34,420 nucleotides of DNA from positions 1 through 34,420 of the IMG/VR virus record IMGVR_UViG_3300020045_001026; one strand, 5' to 3'. This DNA comes from a virus. Its lineage: Duplodnaviria; Caudoviricetes. Under the pieces are notes generated by a model that was not told where the DNA came from, did no database searches, and worked only from the letters and a program-made list of their open reading frames with translations. A program made the translations under genes and the position numbers. Below, one piece after another: positions 27,696-34,420 of the stretch. Numbering within the stretch: the first letter of the stretch is position 1; the number at the start of each line of letters is the position of its first letter.

Positions 27696-27930
27696 ACTTT
27701 CCGCCTGTTTCTGACTGACTTCTGCCTATGTTTTTCTTAGTCGTAGCAAGGGATAGACATAAAGTCATAAAATATTCCTATACTATATTTTCTATATATA
27801 CTATATAAACACATATTATCAACTTTTTTAAAAAAGCCTAAAAACTTTCCGACTTTCCGCCTAATCTACGTCAAACCCTTATAAACACTAAGAAAAAAGT
27901 CAGGCATAAAACAGTCGTAAAAGTCATAAA
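27696..27930. other. Putative replication origin
   Basis: Repeated ACTTTCCG and AAAGTC elements in inverted arms around an AT-rich core, between SSB and helicase. Confidence 0.7.
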
Positions 27931-27990
27931 TTAAATTTATTTTTACTATTTTGTTGTTTGTATTGAATTAATAACTATATTTACTTCGTT

Positions 27991-28080
27991 GTTCGATACC
28001 ACATTATAGAACTAAAGGACTTATTTAGCCCTTATTTGAAAATCGAGGTGGTATCCGATGAGTAGAATAGGGGCTTTTTT
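27991..28080 (+). promoter_or_regulatory. Structured leader/attenuator with complementary loops
   Basis: GATACCAC (27995-28002) complements GTGGTATC (28048-28055); stem AGCCCTTATT/AATAGGGGCT plus T run. Confidence 0.65.
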
Positions 28081-28095
28081 ATTAAATTATTTATT

Positions 28096-28308
28096 ATGTT
28101 TTTAGAGATTATCAAAGAAGAATTTAAGTTGTATAATATTTCATACGACATTCAAGGTAAACACAAGATTGTAATTACATTTAAAAGATGTATTCAATAT
28201 CGAAAGATTATGAAGTCTTTAAGATTGCATGGGGTAGCAACTCACTATGAATTATTTCCAACTCATGATAAAGCAGTTATAACTTTCTTAACATTTGAAG
28301 AAATATGA
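28096..28308 (+). CDS. Hypothetical protein
   Basis: 70-aa ORF coupled to the helicase gene. Confidence 0.55.
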   Translation: MFLEIIKEEFKLYNISYDIQGKHKIVITFKRCIQYRKIMKSLRLHGVATHYELFPTHDKAVITFLTFEEI

Positions 28309-29687
28309 ATGAGGATAATTCAAGACCGTTCTGGAGTGAATCACATGATGGTAAAATTTCATTAGATAACTACGATTTTAAAACATTCTTAGGTTGTAAT
28401 AACTTCTTCAAGAACAAACCAAACGAAGAAAGTTCATTTAATATCATTCACAAGGATGGTATATTCTTAAAGATTCGTGATGAAATAGATGTAAAGGATT
28501 TCGTATTGAACTACATTGAAAAGAATCAACTAGGAAAACAAGTCTATAATCTAATGACTGGCAAGGCTTCGATATTTACTAGACAATATTTGTCAATGCT
28601 GAATAGTGAAGAAATTAAAGTACTTAGAGATACTAATGATACTGCATATCTATTATATCAGAATGGAGTAGTTGAAGTAAATAAAGAAACTGCAATACTA
28701 AAACCTTACTCACATTATGGGTTGCATATTTGGGAAGACCAAGTGATTAAACGTAACTACATAGATTCAGACCATCACGAATCAGAGTACCGTACTTTCA
28801 TTTGGAAGATAGCAGGTGAAGACGTTGATAGGTATAATACGTTTCAAACGGTTATCGGGTACTTACTTCATTCTTATAATGTAGGAGGTGACAATAAAGC
28901 TATAATTCTAAACGATGAATTGATTAGTGACGATCCAAATGGAAGAAGTGGTAAAGGTTTATTTTGTCACGCATTGAAACATCTAAAGAAGGTACAATCA
29001 CTTAACGGAAAATCATTTAGATTCGATGCACCATTTCCATATCAAGGAGTGAAAACAGATTGCCAGGTTTTAGTTTGGGATGATGTTAAAAAGAACTTTG
29101 ACTTTGAGCAGTTGTTTAGTGTTATTACTGAAGGTATTGAGATTACTTATAAAGGCAAGGACACTATTAAGCTATCAATAGAAGATTCACCTAAGATAAT
29201 TATCACAACCAACTACACTATCAAAGGTAAAGGCGGTTCACACGAAGCAAGAAGATTCGAGGTAGAGTTATCGCCTTTCTTTAATGCTGAACATACACCT
29301 ATTGACTACTTTGGTCACAAGTTGTTTGAGAATTGGGATGATAAAGAATGGGCAAGATTCGACTGCTACATGATTGAGTGCTTAAAGAAATACTTAGATA
29401 AAGGATTGTTACCATATAAAGCCGTTAGCTTACCTTATAAACGTTTGGAAGCAGATATTACCAAAGAACTATTTGAGTGCATTGCATCGGTTAAAAAGGA
29501 TGAATGGGTTAATTCTGATGAGTTTTATGATATGTATGTAATGAATATACCTAAACGTTGGAACGCTAAAACAAAGAACGCAGTAACTAAGGATTTGAAA
29601 AGATACTGTGAGTTTTACGGATTGGATTATGAAGAGTTAAGAACGAACGGAGTAAAGAAGTTTATAATTAAAAATAGAGTGATATGA
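28305..29687 (+). CDS. SF3 (D5/P4-like) replicative helicase
   Basis: Walker A GRSGKG, Walker B VWDDV, motif C IIITTN, ARRF. Confidence 0.88.
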   Translation: MNEDNSRPFWSESHDGKISLDNYDFKTFLGCNNFFKNKPNEESSFNIIHKDGIFLKIRDEIDVKDFVLNYIEKNQLGKQVYNLMTGKASIFTRQYLSMLNSEEIKVLRDTNDTAYLLYQNGVVEVNKETAILKPYSHYGLHIWEDQVIKRNYIDSDHHESEYRTFIWKIAGEDVDRYNTFQTVIGYLLHSYNVGGDNKAIILNDELISDDPNGRSGKGLFCHALKHLKKVQSLNGKSFRFDAPFPYQGVKTDCQVLVWDDVKKNFDFEQLFSVITEGIEITYKGKDTIKLSIEDSPKIIITTNYTIKGKGGSHEARRFEVELSPFFNAEHTPIDYFGHKLFENWDDKEWARFDCYMIECLKKYLDKGLLPYKAVSLPYKRLEADITKELFECIASVKKDEWVNSDEFYDMYVMNIPKRWNAKTKNAVTKDLKRYCEFYGLDYEELRTNGVKKFIIKNRVI

Positions 29688-29920
29688 AATCAGCGGTTGA
29701 ATATTTAGTAAAAGAATTTAGTGATATATTAGGTGTATTAAATACTACGCCTATGCAAGATTTATTACTTGTAGATGCATTTAATAAAGCTAAGGACATG
29801 GAGAAAGAAAATAATATTTTTCCAGTAAACAATGCAAAATGTAGTCATAAAAGAATAAGTAATTGCAGAGGTATTGTTTGGTGTAAAGACTGTAAAGAAA
29901 ATTTTTCAAAACCGATATAA
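29684..29920 (+). CDS. Hypothetical protein with Cys/His cluster
   Basis: 78 aa; CSH...CKDC. Confidence 0.6.
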   Translation: MKSAVEYLVKEFSDILGVLNTTPMQDLLLVDAFNKAKDMEKENNIFPVNNAKCSHKRISNCRGIVWCKDCKENFSKPI

Positions 29921-29921
29921 C

Positions 29922-30272
29922 ATGGAAGCACTAGGAAATGCAGACCGAGTATCGACAGGTTTAGGAATGCAAACGATTAAGAGTTTAGTAGATAAGGATG
30001 CTACTTATAAGTTACTCAATCGAACGGAGCAAGATGATGATTTACTACTACGAATCGAAACACAAAAAGCCGAATACGAACTAAGGCAAATCATTAACCG
30101 AACTGAGAAAAGTCTGATTAAGGAACAAGGATTAGACTTGCCTAACCAAGTTAGGATTGATTCAGTACACAAGACTTATAATTCACTGCTATTCATTTGG
30201 CGTAGGATGATGAAACAAAGTGCAAGGATTACCGAATTAGAATTAGAAATTAAACGATTGAAGGGGTTATGA
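29922..30272 (+). CDS. Hypothetical coiled-coil protein
   Basis: Start MEALG at 29922 follows the previous stop. Confidence 0.65.
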   Translation: MEALGNADRVSTGLGMQTIKSLVDKDATYKLLNRTEQDDDLLLRIETQKAEYELRQIINRTEKSLIKEQGLDLPNQVRIDSVHKTYNSLLFIWRRMMKQSARITELELEIKRLKGL

Positions 30273-30601
30273 AATGCACTAAGGTAAAGTTTGGAACTGA
30301 AGCAGATGCAGACTTCTATATTAAGAAACTAGATAAGACTTCTAATAGAAGATTAAAACCTGTTAGAAGTTACCTTTGCCCTATTTGTTGCTCATGGCAC
30401 ATGACTAGCATAAAACAAAATACTAACAACGAAGCAAGACTTCAATTAGAAGTTAATAAATTGAAAGGTAAAATTGAACACTTTGAAAATATGAATCGTA
30501 AACACGCAAGAGATTCTAAGAAACTTCAAGAAAAGTTAACTAAGGTAACTACTGACTTCGAGTTGATGAAAGTTTGTCTAACTATAATTGTAATGAAATG
30601 A
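30269..30601 (+). CDS. Zn-finger plus coiled-coil protein
   Basis: KCTK...YLCPICCSWHMTS. Confidence 0.65.
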   Translation: MKCTKVKFGTEADADFYIKKLDKTSNRRLKPVRSYLCPICCSWHMTSIKQNTNNEARLQLEVNKLKGKIEHFENMNRKHARDSKKLQEKLTKVTTDFELMKVCLTIIVMK

Positions 30602-30813
30602 AAGGAATAATTAACAAAGCTGAAAAGATTGATTGGTGTAAGGTTATGCTAGTTCAATGTGGAAGTACAATAGTATTAACAACAGGTCAACATACTAAAG
30701 AGAAATTTGAAGGCATTAAGATAAACTCATTAACAGAATTGAAATGTGTTAATAGTTGGTCAAAGGCTTATTTCTCTAAAGTTACCGTACCTACTAATGT
30801 TACATTTATATGA
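30598..30813 (+). CDS. Hypothetical protein
   Basis: ATGA-coupled ORF starting MKGII. Confidence 0.5.
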   Translation: MKGIINKAEKIDWCKVMLVQCGSTIVLTTGQHTKEKFEGIKINSLTELKCVNSWSKAYFSKVTVPTNVTFI

Positions 30814-31280
30814 CCAAACAAAACAAACAACGCTTACTAGACCACCACTACAAGCTAATGAGCATAAAGTATCCTAACTTCCCACAACACGCTATACCGA
30901 GTAAGACATGGAGTGATAATAGTGCAAACGGATTGACCAAATGTGTTATTGATCTAATAAACTACGAAGGTTACCAAGCTGAACGGATTAGCACACAAGG
31001 AACGTATGTTGAAGGTGCAAAGATTAAAGTTGGTGAGAATGAACGACAACTCAAAGGCAAGTACATTCCAACACAAGGAACGAAAGGTAGTGCTGATATA
31101 AGCGCAACGATTAGAGGTAGGTCGGTTAAGATTGAGATTAAGTATTTAAAGGATAGGCAGTCAGACGTGCAAAAGGAATACCAAGCGAGCATAGAACGAG
31201 CAGGAGGTATTTACATTATAGTCCGTGACTTCGATGAGTTCGTGGAGTGGTTTGATAATTTTACCACCCATCACGAATAA
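30810..31280 (+). CDS. VRR-NUC-like PD-(D/E)xK nuclease
   Basis: GSADI...KIEIK...DRQSDVQK...AGGIYIIVR. Confidence 0.85.
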   Translation: MTKQNKQRLLDHHYKLMSIKYPNFPQHAIPSKTWSDNSANGLTKCVIDLINYEGYQAERISTQGTYVEGAKIKVGENERQLKGKYIPTQGTKGSADISATIRGRSVKIEIKYLKDRQSDVQKEYQASIERAGGIYIIVRDFDEFVEWFDNFTTHHE

Positions 31281-31331
31281 CAACCGCTTATCACAATTTT
31301 AAATAAGGTATAGAGTAAACGAGTATATTTG
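31263..31331 (+). promoter_or_regulatory. LytTR-like direct repeat plus -7 element
   Basis: ACCACCCATC at 31263, ACCGCTTATCACA at 31283, TATATTTG at 31324. Confidence 0.75.
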
Positions 31332-31347
31332 AATAAAACTAAAGGAT

Positions 31348-31599
31348 ATGACAACACTTAACGGATTCACAGGACTAGAACACTCATTCACTATCTGCTT
31401 AGACGATAGAGATATTGAGGTGTATGATATTGACTATGACTTGTCAGAAGATGAGATTATAATTAACTCAATCGAATGCGATGAGGAGATAGAAGGATTA
31501 GCAGATTTAATGTTATCCTACGTTGACTGGTCAGCAGTTGAGCAAGAAGCACTCGATAACTACAATCAGATGCGAGAGGACGAAATGATGGAGAATTAA
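31348..31599 (+). CDS. Highly acidic small protein
   Basis: 83 aa, rich in Asp/Glu with very few basic residues. Confidence 0.7.
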   Translation: MTTLNGFTGLEHSFTICLDDRDIEVYDIDYDLSEDEIIINSIECDEEIEGLADLMLSYVDWSAVEQEALDNYNQMREDEMMEN

Positions 31600-31609
31600 A
31601 AATAGAGAT

Positions 31610-31951
31610 ATGAATAAAGAAAAAGCAATATTTATAAAGTCATTTAAGACAAAGCGTTTAGATGGTCACTCTATAAGAACAATTTATGCTCTTACAGAAA
31701 CAGGAATTGTCAATATAGAACGTAGAATTTTATCAACAGAATTAAATGATGGGTTTAAACTTATTAGAAACTTTGGTAAATACGTTTATCAGTGTGAAAC
31801 AATGGTATTTAAGTTAGCATCATTTATTGAAATATCTAAAACCGTAGGTCAAAATTTACATAAGCTAGATATTGATAAAATTATTCAATTATCAGATGTT
31901 AGCTTTAGTCCAAATGATAAGTCTAAAGTTCTAATTATAACCGAGCTATGA
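31610..31951 (+). CDS. Hypothetical protein
   Basis: 113-aa AT-rich ORF. Confidence 0.6.
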   Translation: MNKEKAIFIKSFKTKRLDGHSIRTIYALTETGIVNIERRILSTELNDGFKLIRNFGKYVYQCETMVFKLASFIEISKTVGQNLHKLDIDKIIQLSDVSFSPNDKSKVLIITEL

Positions 31952-31993
31952 CCCACGAAAAACACGATATAGCAGTATTCATTGAGAATGAAG

Positions 31994-32224
31994 ATGAAAT
32001 TAACTAAAGGATATAAAACAGGCAAAGCGCAACCGTTATGGATGTGTATTAGGGAAATTAGGATTTGTACTCCTAATGAACTTGGTAAAATATATGATGG
32101 TTACAATGATAAAACATTTGAAGTTGAATATTGGATGTGTATTAAGATTAAGAAAAATTACAATTTCAATATAATGCAAAGAGTTTTTATCAGTAACCCT
32201 ACCCCAACTAGAAGAAATACTTAA
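31994..32224 (+). CDS. Hypothetical protein
   Basis: AT-rich ORF; start uncertain. Confidence 0.45.
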   Translation: MKLTKGYKTGKAQPLWMCIREIRICTPNELGKIYDGYNDKTFEVEYWMCIKIKKNYNFNIMQRVFISNPTPTRRNT

Positions 32225-32236
32225 AAATCAGTAGAG

Positions 32237-32476
32237 ATGGAAAGAGAACTTAAAAAATTAGAAAGAACATATATTTCGTATGAAAAAGCACTTGACGAAT
32301 TAGAGGTTAAAGTTAGGGAATTATGTGATTTTAACGCAAGAGTTACATTTTGTGAAGGAGATAGACATTTATTATTAAATGAAGACACTTCTACGGTTTC
32401 AAGATTTCATTGCTTAAACGGGAAAAGTAATGCTAATAAACTTACAGTAGAAGAACATGAGAATAATTCTTTATAA
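32237..32476 (+). CDS. Hypothetical protein
   Basis: 79-aa ORF. Confidence 0.6.
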   Translation: MERELKKLERTYISYEKALDELEVKVRELCDFNARVTFCEGDRHLLLNEDTSTVSRFHCLNGKSNANKLTVEEHENNSL

Positions 32477-32500
32477 ACAAATCCTTAAAACCGAGAAAGG

Positions 32501-32638
32501 ATGAAAACAGCAAGAAATAACAAGACAAGGAATCGTGACTTAAATCAAACTATGATAATCAGAAGTAGGTTGATGCGTGATTCATTATTTAGATGGTTGT
32601 ATAGACCTTATTGTTCAACTGATACTATTGAACCATGA
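32501..32638 (+). CDS. Hypothetical 45-aa basic protein
   Basis: Hand-translated MKTARNNKTR...TDTIEP. Confidence 0.4.
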   Translation: MKTARNNKTRNRDLNQTMIIRSRLMRDSLFRWLYRPYCSTDTIEP

Positions 32639-32715
32639 CACCACGCACAGCTAAACTACTCGTACTCGCTTACCTTGTTACGTTTTGGATCCTATTTGTA
32701 ATTATTATTACCTAA
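32635..32715 (+). CDS. 26-aa single-TM peptide
   Basis: MTPRTAKLLVLAYLVTFWILFVIIIT, ATGA-coupled. Confidence 0.45.
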   Translation: MTPRTAKLLVLAYLVTFWILFVIIIT

Positions 32716-32752
32716 TCCTTGCACGTATCAAAATCTTTCGTATATTAGCCAC

Positions 32753-32971
32753 ATGGAAACAACTATTAAGTTATTACTAGCGTCTTGGTTATGGACCTAC
32801 CACGATTACATACAGTACTTCGTGTTAAGACTACCATCGTTTATTAGTGATTATCTTAGTTGTTTCAAGTGTGTTTCTTTCTGGGTAGTACTTATTGGTA
32901 CATTCGATATATGGAACGCTATTACTTGTGCAATCATAGCTACAATATATGACCGATTTATTAACGCCTGA
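32753..32971 (+). CDS. Small membrane protein with CxxC (DUF1360-like)
   Basis: LSCFKCVSFW in hydrophobic context; preceded by TTG-N19-TATATTAG promoter-like sequence. Confidence 0.65.
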   Translation: METTIKLLLASWLWTYHDYIQYFVLRLPSFISDYLSCFKCVSFWVVLIGTFDIWNAITCAIIATIYDRFINA

Positions 32972-33152
32972 AGAAGATAGTTTGTTCCAACGATTGATAA
33001 CCTCAACCGAGAAGCAAGACCTTCATAAGATGCAGGTAGTGTTCCGTAAGTATAACCCTACAATTCCTTATGATTGTATGTGTAAACTTCTGAACCGTAA
33101 GATTAAGTCTAAACAGTTCACAGAATGGTATGACAAAGTTAGAAATAGATAA
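32949..33152 (+). CDS. Hypothetical protein
   Basis: 67 aa with CxC. Confidence 0.6.
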   Translation: MTDLLTPEEDSLFQRLITSTEKQDLHKMQVVFRKYNPTIPYDCMCKLLNRKIKSKQFTEWYDKVRNR

Positions 33153-33621
33153 GTACTTCACTGAGAACTACGATCTAATTAATCGTATAGCAACTGCCTT
33201 AACTATTAAGAACGGTAGGAACTATGACCCCACAATATTAGTAGCTGAATCTTATCTACATATCCTTAACATCAAGGATAAGATACTAGACGAAAACCAA
33301 CTACATAGGTTTATCATAGCTAAGATTAGTATTGAATCGTATAAGTCTAAGTCAACTACTAACCTTCTATACTCTGAACGTCACCTCAATATTGATGATA
33401 TACAGATTAATTACGAAGCTATACCGTACACTTTTAATGCGGTTGACCTATACTTAATAGCGGAAAAGGATTCAGTAATGAAATACGCAGCTGAAGCATA
33501 CATAGTAATGGGGCATGATACAGTAAGGAAGTTCAAGGATTACTTTAACATATCCTATAACTCATCCCGACAATTCATTGATAAGATAAAAGAAAACATA
33601 AAGAAGTATGAAAAGATTTAA
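33130..33621 (+). CDS. ECF sigma-like transcription factor
   Basis: Region-2-like N-terminus (ENYDLINRIA...LVAESYLHIL) and C-terminal HTH (TVRKFKDYFNISYNS); upstream of terS. Confidence 0.65.
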   Translation: MTKLEIDKYFTENYDLINRIATALTIKNGRNYDPTILVAESYLHILNIKDKILDENQLHRFIIAKISIESYKSKSTTNLLYSERHLNIDDIQINYEAIPYTFNAVDLYLIAEKDSVMKYAAEAYIVMGHDTVRKFKDYFNISYNSSRQFIDKIKENIKKYEKI

Positions 33622-33892
33622 AGCAGAATACCACCATTGTAAAGTTACAGTTAATGCATTAGGTATCGGTAAGATTCAGATTGATGTTGACGATTCAGAT
33701 GCTAACCAATGGGCTAACGTAAAAGAGTTTGCATTCATGATTGAAGATGATGTTGATGAGCCTACTCCGATTGTAACGAATAACAAGTTGGTTGCTGATA
33801 GTTATGAGGATTTTACTCTTCAAGAGTTAAGAGATAGATTTCCTGATATTAAGGCAACAAGTAAGAAAGCATTTATAGAACAAATACAGTAA
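33608..33892 (+). CDS. Hypothetical protein with short helical C-terminal domain
   Basis: YEDFTLQELR...KKAFIEQI resembles HeH/Rho-N motifs. Confidence 0.6.
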   Translation: MKRFKAEYHHCKVTVNALGIGKIQIDVDDSDANQWANVKEFAFMIEDDVDEPTPIVTNNKLVADSYEDFTLQELRDRFPDIKATSKKAFIEQIQ

Positions 33893-34329
33893 TGGCACAC
33901 CCGACTAGAATATTCAAGACACCCGATGACCTTCTTAAAGTTTGGATAGACTATAAGGATGATTTGAAGTATCGTAATAAAGAATGGGAGAAAGTTCAGT
34001 ATGTTGGTAAGGAAGGTGAACAAAGAATTGACTACCCTAAATTACCTTATACTTTTGAGGGATTTAAAGTCTATTGTTGGGATAATGAGATAGGTTGTAT
34101 TGAACAATATTTTGTTAATAAAGATAACCTTTACACCGACTTCGTAAGTATCTGTTCGCGTATAAAGACTGAAATTCGTCAAGACCAAATCACAGGGGGT
34201 ATGTTAGGATTCTACAATCCTTCCATAACTCAGAGGTTGAACAACCTAAAAGAACAAACAGATGTCACTTCTAATTCAGAGAAGATTGAATCTATATCGG
34301 TAACAATTGTAAAGCCTAATGAAGATTGA
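33892..34329 (+). CDS. terS: Terminase small subunit (P22 gp3-like)
   Basis: FKTPDDL, PYTFEGF, YNPSITQRL; overlaps the terL start across the circular junction. Confidence 0.88.
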   Translation: MAHPTRIFKTPDDLLKVWIDYKDDLKYRNKEWEKVQYVGKEGEQRIDYPKLPYTFEGFKVYCWDNEIGCIEQYFVNKDNLYTDFVSICSRIKTEIRQDQITGGMLGFYNPSITQRLNNLKEQTDVTSNSEKIESISVTIVKPNED

Positions 34330-34420
34330 TTTAAAGTCAACAGTCATATTTGAAAAGAATTACAGCGCACTTCAGTCAGAGGTGCGTTTCATTGTTAATG
34401 AAGGTGGTTCACGTTCCAGT
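34300..34420. repeat. 121-bp direct terminal repeat (copy 2)
   Basis: Identical to 1-121. Confidence 0.97.

Noticed and set aside
27777-27784. CCTATAC as a fourth late promoter
   Set aside because: It lacks the upstream TTCRAAT and a downstream gene; it lies in the AT-rich origin core
27985-28015. tRNA suggested by GTTCGATACC
   Set aside because: No cloverleaf or acceptor stem; better explained as the leader hairpin
2167-33820. Minus-strand ORFs nested in long genes (e.g. 4773, 6582, 14006, 15578, 18692)
   Set aside because: Antisense shadows of well-supported genes, without initiation signals
34300-34420. Biological terminal repeat
   Set aside because: It cuts through terS/terL and its 121-bp length fits an assembler k-mer overlap
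1-34420. Stop-codon reassignment or a lysogeny module
   Set aside because: Standard-code ORFs tile the genome and all three stops are used; no integrase, repressor or partition gene is recognisable

Overview
This window is a complete, circularly assembled tailed dsDNA phage genome of 34,299 bp; bases 1-121 recur at 34300-34420. The host is most likely a Bacteroidota, based on TAnnTTTG-type -7 promoters, A-rich translation starts without Shine-Dalgarno sequences and a DUF3127-type SSB. Gene order is TerS-TerL, tail genes with tape measure, a glycosyltransferase/methyltransferase cassette, reverse-strand chaperone-like paralogs, then protease/scaffold, capsid, tail tube, portal, adaptors, lysis, early genes, recombination, origin, SF3 helicase and a sigma-like factor. 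I recognise no integrase, repressor, DNA polymerase, tRNA or CRISPR array. The most interesting signals are non-coding and look like a layered regulatory circuit. (1) Four promoters carry a 20-bp-period direct repeat resembling LytTR/AlgR sites, yet no full LytTR gene is evident. (2) A putative sRNA after the endolysin has a 5' end complementary to the start regions of those same genes. (3) A bipartite motif, TTCRAAT-N11/12-CCCTATAC, sits 4-6 nt before three structural start codons. (4) A kissing-loop attenuator lies between the origin and the helicase operon. Protein calls come from motif recognition and gene context only; no database searches were run.
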